Positions 19,061 through 26,400 of a stretch of 30,369 nucleotides of DNA are shown here, piece by piece. How positions within the stretch are numbered: the stretch's first letter is position 1; every line of letters begins with the position of its first letter. The DNA comes from a virus. The DNA is taken from the IMG/VR virus record IMGVR_UViG_3300030514_000035, positions 115,027 to 145,395 of that record; one strand, 5' to 3'. Below the pieces are notes generated by a model. The model was not told the DNA's origin, made no database searches, and saw nothing but the letters and a program-made list of their open reading frames with translations. Both the position numbers and the translations under genes were made by a program.

Positions 19061-20794
19061 TTAGAATAAACAGAAGTTAAGCATTTCATTGTTGCGCATA
19101 TTGGCACGAAGAATGTCTTGCTCTAATAATGTTGCAACATAGTTGCCATATCCAATACTGGAATATCTATCTTTAGTGGTTGTACCAACCTCTTCAATTT
19201 TGATGTATCCATTTTGGACTTTGTAAACCAAGTTTACTAATTCATTTGTTAAGGCTGTTGCCTGTACGAAAGGTTTTAGCAAGTTGACTTGCTCTTCGCT
19301 TGTCTTCTTCAAGTAACCTTTGTTTTCAATCAAGTCTTCTTTAGCTTCGATGTCATTCATCAGAAGTCTAATTTTGCGCTTCTCAAATGCGCTTCGTAGC
19401 CCTGTTGCTACTTTATGGTTGATTTCACTTGTACCTTTAATAGAGTAGATTAAAGGAATGGCGTTGCTGTCCATTTTTCTATCATCCATAACCTCATCAT
19501 TAATAACTGTCCATGCAGGGTACTCTTCGTCCCTTACTTTGTCATAGAGGATTTTAGTCACGTTATCAAAGACTGCGATACCATTACCATTGGTATCCAT
19601 TGCAACGTAATCGCCTTCGAAGTCATAATATAGTTGCTTTAAGCGAATCGCTTGCAACTCTGAATGTTGTCCTGCTAGAGATTCCATATAGACAACGTCT
19701 CTTCTGTACTCCTCGCCTTGAGGTAGTAATCTAATAAGAGTAAATGCAGTGGTATCATTCTTCACTGCTTTAGATGATCCCATTAAGGCTATATCCATGG
19801 AAACGATTCGAATCTCTCCAGCTTGTTTCGGCATGTTGCCCAGCTTTTTACGAGTGCCTTTAGCCTCAACGTATTCCCTATCAGTTGGGGGATAGAATGC
19901 TTTGGGTAGTGTTCTACACTGTTGAATGTCATCTAATTTATAGTAGGCATTTTCATTTTCACCTACGAACAGGGCTTCGTACTCCATGTCAAACGACATT
20001 TGGTCGAAGTCTTCCTCTGTTCTTTGTTGTTCTACACGCTTCTTAGATAGCAACCTGTGGTAAACTGATAATTGCCATGGTAGAACTGCTACAAAGTAGT
20101 CTTTGCCTTCAACCATATTCTTCATATAAGATTTGAAGGAATCCCATATCCAGTGGTTTCTGTACCACGCAGAACTTATATAAATCTCCTTATTCTCCTC
20201 GGTTAAGTGGGAATACTTAGGATTCTGTAAATATGGGGGAGTTCTATTTACGTTAAGGAATGGTCGTAAGATTTGGTCGATTGTTTCTTTTGTGATTAAT
20301 CGAAACTCATCGACAATAAGGATATTCGCACGATATCCACGAGCAGAGTCACCTGACGTTACTGCTGTGATTTTCGAGCCATTATGGAAGACTACATAAC
20401 ACTCATTGGTGCTGGTCTTAAACTCTTTAATTTCCCTATCTAAGTTCTTAGAGGTATTCTTAAGAGCGAATATCTTTTCAGTTATAATCAACTTACTTTG
20501 ACCCTTTGTTCCTGACGCTAGAACAATATTAGACTGTGGATAGAGGATCGCTCTGATAACACAGTAGATTGCGATAATGTAAGATTTCCCTTGCCCACGA
20601 GCCGCAATATACATAAAGAATGCATATTTATTCATAGCCCATAGCAAAAGTACTTGATACAGGAATAAGTTAACTCCTAAGTACTCCTTGGCAAATCTGT
20701 GTGGATTGGCTCTATAGAAGGATGTCCAACGTTTGAACCCTTCTTTAGTTTTGTTTGTGTTGGTGGGTTTCTTTTTATTTTTATTCACTGCCAT
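19061..20794 (-). CDS. terL: Terminase large subunit
   Basis: Walker A ARGQGKS, ARGYRANILIVDE Walker B, YISSA coupling motif, nuclease motifs SMDIA and KDRYSS. Confidence 0.93.
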   Translation of the reverse strand: MAVNKNKKKPTNTNKTKEGFKRWTSFYRANPHRFAKEYLGVNLFLYQVLLLWAMNKYAFFMYIAARGQGKSYIIAIYCVIRAILYPQSNIVLASGTKGQSKLIITEKIFALKNTSKNLDREIKEFKTSTNECYVVFHNGSKITAVTSGDSARGYRANILIVDEFRLITKETIDQILRPFLNVNRTPPYLQNPKYSHLTEENKEIYISSAWYRNHWIWDSFKSYMKNMVEGKDYFVAVLPWQLSVYHRLLSKKRVEQQRTEEDFDQMSFDMEYEALFVGENENAYYKLDDIQQCRTLPKAFYPPTDREYVEAKGTRKKLGNMPKQAGEIRIVSMDIALMGSSKAVKNDTTAFTLIRLLPQGEEYRRDVVYMESLAGQHSELQAIRLKQLYYDFEGDYVAMDTNGNGIAVFDNVTKILYDKVRDEEYPAWTVINDEVMDDRKMDSNAIPLIYSIKGTSEINHKVATGLRSAFEKRKIRLLMNDIEAKEDLIENKGYLKKTSEEQVNLLKPFVQATALTNELVNLVYKVQNGYIKIEEVGTTTKDRYSSIGYGNYVATLLEQDILRANMRNNEMLNFCLF

Positions 20795-20796
20795 GA

Positions 20797-21618
20797 TTAT
20801 TCCTCATCAGGTAATTTCTGAATATCTTCATCTTTTACCCTACCGAATACACGACCTACTTGAGTGATAAACCATCTATCAATATATTGTCTAATATACT
20901 TAGGTTCATACTCATTGTTGTCTTCTGTTACTGGTTCAGTTTCTTCTATTAATCGAACCCATTCGCCCCAACTACGTAATCCACCATCTTCAGATGCACT
21001 CTTAACCTGAACTGGCTTGATGTTAGCATCTTGCATTTGAGTTGATAATGTCTTCATCATCTTCTCATATTTGTTATGGTCGCCCTCTTCAAGCGCCTTA
21101 TTACCCATCCATTGAGTCCTAGCCATATTCTTGAATAGTCTCTCTTGGATAGTGTTGTCGACTTCGTTTCCACCTAAGTTTTCGAACTCTTCTTCTAAGA
21201 AGATATAGTCCTCTAATTCTAGGTTTCTACCCCAACGCTTAATGATCGCATTAGTGATTTCGAAGTTCTCGTAATCAATTTCTACTAACTCTGCTTTGTT
21301 AGTTTTACCTGTGATGTCGTCAGAGTCCTTGAAGTGAAGGTCTCTATTCTGCTTTAGAGACAGGTTCTTAAAATAAGTACCGATTGTCTCAGTGTTGGCT
21401 TGGTTTGCTTGTTTCCAAAAGTCCTTGAGATAAGGAATATCCATTGTCCTCAAGAAGCTATATAGCGTGTCCATATCATTGAGGTCAATCGCCTCTTTGA
21501 CACATTTCTTAGCAAAACCAAACTGCTCATTAATCAAAGGGTTTCTGTGTGAATAGAAACTTGATGATGCGAATTCTTTGCCACAGTGTAAACAGGTTTT
21601 CTTATTGGATGTAGTCAC
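20797..21618 (-). CDS. Putative terminase small subunit with an N-terminal Zn-finger-like motif
   Basis: 273 aa immediately upstream of terL; CLHC...FYSH...C and DIPY motifs. Confidence 0.6.
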   Translation of the reverse strand: MTTSNKKTCLHCGKEFASSSFYSHRNPLINEQFGFAKKCVKEAIDLNDMDTLYSFLRTMDIPYLKDFWKQANQANTETIGTYFKNLSLKQNRDLHFKDSDDITGKTNKAELVEIDYENFEITNAIIKRWGRNLELEDYIFLEEEFENLGGNEVDNTIQERLFKNMARTQWMGNKALEEGDHNKYEKMMKTLSTQMQDANIKPVQVKSASEDGGLRSWGEWVRLIEETEPVTEDNNEYEPKYIRQYIDRWFITQVGRVFGRVKDEDIQKLPDEE

Positions 21619-21653
21619 CCTATCACCACCTTGTTAAACACATGTGCTTAAGA

Positions 21654-22055
21654 TTATTGTCTTTCAATTAATTCAGTAATATGTTCATATGTTGAAACTT
21701 CTGTAACTGTAATTACCTTGCTATATCCACCTTTAAGTAGTTCATTACGAATACTCTGTGGCAAGTAAATAGGCAATATCAAAATATCAGTTTCATCATG
21801 CTTGATAAGCCCTTCTGAATTATGAATACTTTCAACAAAGAATAGAGTAGTGTCACCTACTACACAAGATGAGACAAAGTGAAGGTCTCCATCATAGTCA
21901 ATAGATGCTTCATCATATCGAGCAACATCTAAGCCTTGTAACAACTCAAGTAAATCCCTTGTACTTAGTACAACTGTGATATCTTGTTTCTCGTTGTCAT
22001 TGGCATGAAAATGTTCTTCAATTAAATGATTTAATTCTTTAATAGTTTCTCTCAT
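21654..22055 (-). CDS. Hypothetical protein
   Basis: 133 aa, RBS AGGAG, ATGA overlap with the upstream gene. Confidence 0.7.
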   Translation of the reverse strand: MRETIKELNHLIEEHFHANDNEKQDITVVLSTRDLLELLQGLDVARYDEASIDYDGDLHFVSSCVVGDTTLFFVESIHNSEGLIKHDETDILILPIYLPQSIRNELLKGGYSKVITVTEVSTYEHITELIERQ

Positions 22056-22222
22056 TTCAACGCTCCTGCGTTTAATGCAAATAAAGAATCAATGATGTTC
22101 TTTTGCATCTCGACATAACGTTGTAAATCAGAGATTTGTTTAATATCAATAAATTTACATGCTTTGATTTCCTCAATCTTGGATTGAATGAAAGCATAGT
22201 TACTTCTTAATTCTTGTTCCAT
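22052..22222 (-). CDS. Hypothetical protein (56 aa)
   Basis: ATG at 22222 after GAGAGGG; translationally coupled to the next gene. Confidence 0.65.
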   Translation of the reverse strand: MEQELRSNYAFIQSKIEEIKACKFIDIKQISDLQRYVEMQKNIIDSLFALNAGALK

Positions 22223-22255
22223 CTTATTTCCCTCTCTCTCATTCAATGGGGGTGC

Positions 22256-22402
22256 TTGCAATGCGTTCGGCTGTGTGAAGTATAAAACTTCACACTAAGG
22301 CAACAAAAGGAGTTGTGCGAGATAACGAGTGTAAAACTAATTTGAATAACACTAACACAAAGGAGGCAATAGGTGCTTTCACACACCCGAACGCACTGCA
22401 AA
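22256..22402 (-). ncRNA. Putative structured RNA closed by a 24-bp stem
   Basis: 22256-22279 and 22379-22402 are inverted repeats with one G.U pair on the minus strand and one mismatch. The interior contains CCTCCTTT and CTCCTTTT. Confidence 0.5.
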
Positions 22403-22529
22403 ACACTTAATTTGTACTATGCTCGTAAGCTGTCAGTACTGGTCTGTTTCAACCTAAAATAGTGAGCACATGGCTCAATCTTCATTAATATTCAGTTGTC
22501 AAGGTCGCACGATACGTGCGATGATATAA

Positions 22530-22643
22530 TGGCGCAGTGGAAGTGGACTCGAACCACTTCAACCGCAATAAAGTTACTAACAGTACCAGTGCGCATCCAG
22601 TAAAGCTTTCTCAAATATTGCAGACCTTCCAATAGGACACCGC
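22530..22643 (-). ncRNA. tRNA-like RNA with an oversized anticodon-position arm
   Basis: GCGGTG/CACTGC acceptor-like stem, G-CCA end, T arm AGTGG-TTCGAGT-CCACT, D-like CCT-ATTGGA-AGG, and a CTGCAATA/TATTGCGG stem enclosing about 45 nt. Confidence 0.6.
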
Positions 22644-22644
22644 A

Positions 22645-22728
22645 TGGTGGGAGAGACAGGATTTGAACCTGTGAACCTTTCGGGACAGTTTTACAGACTG
22701 CCAACTTTAACCACTTGTATACTCGCCC
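22645..22728 (-). tRNA. tRNA-Tyr(GTA)
   Basis: Cloverleaf, anticodon loop CTGTAAA, long variable arm, encoded CCA. Confidence 0.9.
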
Positions 22729-22750
22729 ACTAAGGGATTCTAGACTCCCT

Positions 22751-22818
22751 AGGTCTCCATGGTGGGAGTCGAACCCACAAATAGCGCATGCTGACTTTAC
22801 CAATTTGTCCACACGGAG
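22751..22818 (-). ncRNA. tRNA-like RNA / pseudo-tRNA lacking an anticodon arm
   Basis: Acceptor CTCCGTG/CATGGAG, D arm GAC-AAATTGGTAAA-GTC, T arm GTGGG-TTCGACT-CCCAC. Only AGC-ATGC-GCT lies between D and T arms; ends A-CCT. Confidence 0.65.
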
Positions 22819-22822
22819 ATAA

Positions 22823-22847
22823 TAAAAGCGCCTATATTTCAAGGCGC
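22823..22847 (-). terminator. Rho-independent terminator-like hairpin
   Basis: GCGCCT...AGGCGC followed by TTTTATT on the minus strand. Confidence 0.5.
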
Positions 22848-22863
22848 ATAGTTTATAGTTTAA

Positions 22864-22959
22864 TTAGTCGCAAGAACCACTGTCATATGAACTATCATCA
22901 TAAATGATAATTGGTGATGGCGATGGTGTACTTGGTCTTGGTTTACGTTTAGTTGTCAT
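22864..22959 (-). CDS. Small protein, 31 aa (not in the ORF track)
   Basis: RBS AAGGAG 7 nt before ATG; MTTKRKPRPSTPSPSPIIIYDDSSYDSGSCD*; follows the 108-aa gene. Confidence 0.55.
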   Translation of the reverse strand: MTTKRKPRPSTPSPSPIIIYDDSSYDSGSCD

Positions 22960-22970
22960 GTCAATTCTCC

Positions 22971-23297
22971 TTAGTTCTGAATCTTATCAGTTAATGAATC
23001 GATTGCTCTAAAAGAATCATATGCTTGTGTAAATGTGTTATCAACTTGGCTTTGTACGCTGTCAATAATCATTTTCATTTGTTGGAACTGTCCAGCAAGT
23101 GCGATGTTACCTTCTTGTTGAGCCATGTTCATTAAAGTTTCTAAGTTTTGCTCTACAATATCAAATTGCTTAAGAGCCACTTTGCCATTCTCTAATGTGC
23201 GAATACCTGTTTTCGCTTCTGAGTCAACTTGGTTTGCTACTTTCTCTGCTTTTAATCCTGTTCCAAACATACTTCCGAATCCTGCCATATTATCCAT
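22971..23297 (-). CDS. Helical / coiled-coil hypothetical protein
   Basis: 108 aa with RBS GAGAGG. Confidence 0.75.
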   Translation of the reverse strand: MDNMAGFGSMFGTGLKAEKVANQVDSEAKTGIRTLENGKVALKQFDIVEQNLETLMNMAQQEGNIALAGQFQQMKMIIDSVQSQVDNTFTQAYDSFRAIDSLTDKIQN

Positions 23298-23331
23298 ACC
23301 TCTCTCTTCTCTCTCAAATAGTTATTTTTAT

Positions 23332-23405
23332 TGGCACAGGTTGAAGGACTTGAACCCTCACTGACAGTTTTGGAGACTGTAGTGCTACCATTACACTAAA
23401 CCCAT
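23332..23405 (-). tRNA. tRNA-Trp(CCA)
   Basis: Anticodon arm ACAGT-CTCCAAA-ACTGT, T loop TTCAAGT, encoded CCA. Confidence 0.9.
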
Positions 23406-23408
23406 GTG

Positions 23409-23505
23409 TGGAGGAGGGTGAGAGATTCGAACTCTCGAAGGGCGCTCATCACACCCTTAGTGGTTTTCAAGACCACCGCATTCAGCCATGCTCTGCCAAC
23501 CCTCC
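23409..23505 (-). tRNA. tRNA-Ser(TGA)
   Basis: GGAGGGT acceptor, GTGGT-CTTGAAA-ACCAC anticodon arm, long variable arm, encoded CCA. Confidence 0.9.
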
Positions 23506-23506
23506 G

Positions 23507-23581
23507 TGGCTTGCCTATCAAGACTCGAACTCGAACTAACAGGGTAGAAACCTGTTGTGCTATCCTTTACACCATAGACAA
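23507..23581 (-). tRNA. tRNA-Arg(TCT)
   Basis: ACAGG-TTTCTAC-CCTGT anticodon arm, T loop TTCGAGT, G-CCA end. Confidence 0.85.
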
Positions 23582-23582
23582 A

Positions 23583-23602
23583 TAAAGCGCCATTGCTGGC
23601 GC
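23583..23602 (-). terminator. Terminator-like hairpin
   Basis: GCGCCA-GCAA-TGGCGC followed by TTTATTT. Confidence 0.5.
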
Positions 23603-23642
23603 ATATAATACCTAGAACTATAAAGATTCTAAGATAGCGAAC

Positions 23643-23915
23643 TTATTCACCGATGAATGATTTCATCTTTTGCTTGAAGTCAATTGCTTGTTGCTTCTTA
23701 GCAGACAATTCATTGATTTCTTCTAATGCTTTATCGATTAACTCACGCTTCTCTTTTTCAACTTTTTCAAATTGTTGTTCAGCTAATTCAGCTTCTTGAA
23801 GAGCATTAGCAAATTGTGCTTGAGCAGAATCGATCCAGCTTTGCGCTTTAGCAATTTCTTTTTCGTGACCTTTTACAGCCTTACCGAAAAGAACTAATAA
23901 TAGTTTCTTTAACAT
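23643..23915 (-). CDS. Coiled-coil hypothetical protein (90 aa)
   Basis: True start is ATG at 23915 (MLKKLLLVLFG...) after GAGTGGG; the longer ORF-track call overlaps tRNA-Asp. Confidence 0.75.
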   Translation of the reverse strand: MLKKLLLVLFGKAVKGHEKEIAKAQSWIDSAQAQFANALQEAELAEQQFEKVEKEKRELIDKALEEINELSAKKQQAIDFKQKMKSFIGE

Positions 23916-23947
23916 TTGATTTCCCACTCTCTCAGATAATGTTATTA

Positions 23948-24022
23948 TGGCGAGACTAACGAGATTCGAACTCGTAATACCAGCGTGACAGGCTGGCGTG
24001 ATAACCATTTCACTATAGCCCC
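23948..24022 (-). tRNA. tRNA-Asp(GTC)
   Basis: CCAGC-CTGTCAC-GCTGG anticodon arm, G-CCA end. Confidence 0.92.
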
Positions 24023-24090
24023 ATTAATGTAGGCTTGGAGCGTACTCTATGTGCGCATCCAAGCCTCATAGGAGGTAGGAGGTCTTGATA

Positions 24091-24197
24091 TGGTGGACAG
24101 TAGGTGGGAGTCGAACCCACATGATAGAAAAAGTCGCATACCTTCTATAAATAGAATGGAGAGTAACTTTGCTGACTATCGCTGACCTTCACTGTCC
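24091..24197 (-). ncRNA. tRNA-like RNA with no clear D arm and a long interrupted helix
   Basis: Acceptor GGACAGT/ACTGTCC, A-CCA end, T arm GTGGG-TTCGACT-CCCAC. Nested stems GATAG/CTATC, AAAGTT/GACTTT and TTCTA-TTTA-TAGAA. Confidence 0.6.
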
Positions 24198-24200
24198 ATA

Positions 24201-24275
24201 TGGCTGAGGCAAGTGGACTCGAACCACCACTCACTCGGTTAACAGCCGAGCGCTTTACCATTAAGCTATGCCCCA
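24201..24275 (-). tRNA. tRNA-Asn(GTT)
   Basis: CTCGG-CTGTTAA-CCGAG anticodon arm, G-CCA end. Confidence 0.92.
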
Positions 24276-24372
24276 ATAAGGAGGTGCAAGATGCCACCGT
24301 CATAACATCTTGCAATTTAATACCCACGGTTTAAATCCCACGAACAATTAAGTAATATATACAATTAGGAGG

Positions 24373-24417
24373 AGGTCTCTACAGGATTTGACCCTGCGCT
24401 GACCATATTAAAAGAGA
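24373..24417 (-). ncRNA. Degenerate tRNA remnant (T arm plus short acceptor)
   Basis: TCTCT...GCAGG-GTCAAAT-CCTGT-AGAGA-CCT. Confidence 0.35.
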
Positions 24418-24481
24418 GGCAAGTGTTTCACCACCTGACTCTCATATATGCCTACTTAAACTAGGCTTGTTTATGATTTAA

Positions 24482-24748
24482 TTATTGCTTACGTAAAGAT
24501 TTTGCTAATGTTGCAGTTGCTTTACGATGTGCTGGTACTTCTACAGGCTCACCATTTTGTGGATTCTTAGCTGTGTAAGCTTCTACTGCTTTAGAAGTGA
24601 ATGATACGAAACCTTTAAGTTCAACGTCTTCACCACGACCGATAGCTTCTACTACTACTGATTTGAAAGCATCTAAATATTCCTTAGCTTCTTTCTGAGT
24701 TCCACCTTTTACTTCTGCAATTGCTTTTACTACATCTTGAGTTAACAT
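24482..24748 (-). CDS. hup: HU-family histone-like DNA-binding protein
   Basis: 88 aa with the HU/IHF signature V.L.GF.SF...AKNPQNGE.VEVPA. Confidence 0.93.
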   Translation of the reverse strand: MLTQDVVKAIAEVKGGTQKEAKEYLDAFKSVVVEAIGRGEDVELKGFVSFTSKAVEAYTAKNPQNGEPVEVPAHRKATATLAKSLRKQ

Positions 24749-24826
24749 AATATTGTTTATCTCCCTTTCACTCTCACATTTTTTAATAAAATGTTGGTTT
24801 TATTGTTTTTTTTAATATTTTTGGTT

Positions 24827-24860
24827 AGGCATCCTTTGTGGGCTTGAACCCACTTAGGAT
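24827..24860 (-). ncRNA. tRNA minihelix-like element
   Basis: ATCCT-AA-GTGGG-TTCAAG-CCCAC-AA-AGGAT-G-CCT. Confidence 0.4.
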
Positions 24861-25036
24861 ATAATAAAAATGTCCAAGTTAGGATGCTTGGACAAGGTTA
24901 GTTTTTGGGGAATCAAATGACTTTAAGGAGGCAATCATTATGACTTTGTTGTAGTTGTTAATACTTTTGCTTAACCCCTACATATATAATAACGATTTGG
25001 CACACAAAAAGTACACATCGTTTCCCCAATTTTTTT

Positions 25037-26089
25037 CTATTTATTTTTTTTAGCTTTTTCGTAAAGGTCTTTAACGTAGAATTCTGCTACCTTTCTTGAC
25101 AGTCGTGTAATACTGTTGGTCAGTGCATTCTTCTTAACATTCAGCACTTCAGGCAACTCTTTCTGCTTATATCCCTGTCTGAACAAAGTAATAATCTCTT
25201 GTTCACGATCAGTTAGTTCCATTCTATTTAACAAACAATTGAAGTCATATAGAAGGATTCCAATATCACTCATTAAATCTTCATCTGCACCAATCATAGG
25301 CAACAACTTCTTATTTAAGTTCTCATCTGAGAATAGTGCTGAGTCAAGTTTATTAGGTACGCCTTCATCTTTTAAAACATTGTTGAATTTGATAGGACGC
25401 TTGATTGCTTCCTTGATGGCAACTTGATTATCTCTTAGTGTCTTTGCATATGAGTCGATAAAGCGCTGTGTATTCTTAGCGATATACTTCAGTCGATCAG
25501 TTTCTTCTATATTACTGTCTTCTCTTTCTAAAAGCGCTAGAGCATGTTGCTGAATGTCTCTTAGCCCTGCAGATGACTTAAGATATTCGATCGCCAATTG
25601 TAGTTGCTTGATTTCAGGAATCTCTTTTACATCCTTTACATAGACTGTAGTATCCTTGACAATCTTCTGATTCTTATCGTTCTTTTTATCAACAAACATG
25701 TCGATTACTTCTACATTGTTACCATTATCATCTGATGTTGATGCGCTAACGTTTTCAGAGTCCTTGTAATCTCTGTATTCACGCTCTGACTTCCAAAAGC
25801 GATACTCAATTTTACGATGGCTTTCTACATCGTTAGCACCTAAGATATACGTGCCTAGGATGTCTAGTAGCTTACATACGGCATCTTCTTCTGCAAGATA
25901 ACCATCTTGTGATGGAGACACTCCATAGTAGTTAGAAAAGTACTCTGCAAAGAATTCATGTACAAATCCTTCTTCATATAAGAAACCTTCTACATACTCA
26001 ATTCTATCCTTGTATTTAGTAATTTTATTGTCATACTGATTGAAATCGCTAAGCTTTTTGTCAGCGATTGTTCCCTTAAATTGTTTCAA
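25037..26089 (-). CDS. Transcription regulator with a C-terminal sigma70-r4/LuxR-type HTH
   Basis: 350 aa, TTG start after GGAGG; LTDREQEIITLFRQGYKQKELPEVLNVKKNALTNSITRL. Confidence 0.75.
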   Translation of the reverse strand: MKQFKGTIADKKLSDFNQYDNKITKYKDRIEYVEGFLYEEGFVHEFFAEYFSNYYGVSPSQDGYLAEEDAVCKLLDILGTYILGANDVESHRKIEYRFWKSEREYRDYKDSENVSASTSDDNGNNVEVIDMFVDKKNDKNQKIVKDTTVYVKDVKEIPEIKQLQLAIEYLKSSAGLRDIQQHALALLEREDSNIEETDRLKYIAKNTQRFIDSYAKTLRDNQVAIKEAIKRPIKFNNVLKDEGVPNKLDSALFSDENLNKKLLPMIGADEDLMSDIGILLYDFNCLLNRMELTDREQEIITLFRQGYKQKELPEVLNVKKNALTNSITRLSRKVAEFYVKDLYEKAKKNK

Positions 26090-26285
26090 TATACTCGTCC
26101 TCCATCAATACTTTTGCTTTGTATTGTTTTTTTGTCTTCCAGTTATATACCTTAGCCTTTGTTGTTCTTTCGAACTCCTCATACATCTTATCTAAGTCTC
26201 CACTCAGATAGAGTTCATTTATTTCATCCACCGATAAGTGGTTTAGTTCATTTTCGAATGGTGCGTAAGTTCCCATGCCTTTCAT
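26076..26285 (-). CDS. Hypothetical protein
   Basis: 69 aa, RBS AGGAG, has its own promoter, overlaps the start of the next gene. Confidence 0.7.
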   Translation of the reverse strand: MKGMGTYAPFENELNHLSVDEINELYLSGDLDKMYEEFERTTKAKVYNWKTKKQYKAKVLMEDEYIETI

Positions 26286-26330
26286 GATATTTGTTTCTCT
26301 CCTATTCCTTTGTGTGTGTGTTATGAGATT

Positions 26331-26371
26331 ATTATATCAGAAGAGATACCGTATATCAATACTTTTGTTTA
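26331..26371 (-). promoter_or_regulatory. SigA-type promoter with the conserved motif
   Basis: AAACAAAAGTA-TTGATA (26359-26354), 17 nt, TG-A-TATAAT (26336-26331). Confidence 0.75.
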
Positions 26372-26400
26372 ATAGAGGAAGGGACACAGGGTAGTCCCTT

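Noticed and set aside
761-19064. Many short plus-strand ORFs in the track (e.g. 761-949, 1289-1618, 4504-4713, 10284-10571, 16486-16857, 16862-17224)
   Set aside because: They are antisense shadows of long, RBS-supported minus-strand structural genes and show no recognisable motifs.
22256-22402. Retron msr-msd or MITE interpretation of the long inverted repeat
   Set aside because: No reverse transcriptase or transposase is in the window, and no clear target-site duplication was seen.
22530-22643. tRNA-Sec or group I intron-containing tRNA
   Set aside because: There is no UCA anticodon loop or long variable arm, and the insert is far too short for a self-splicing intron.
22492-22842. 116-aa ORF (and the 60-aa ORF at 24145-24327)
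   Set aside because: These overlap tRNA and tRNA-like genes on the same strand.
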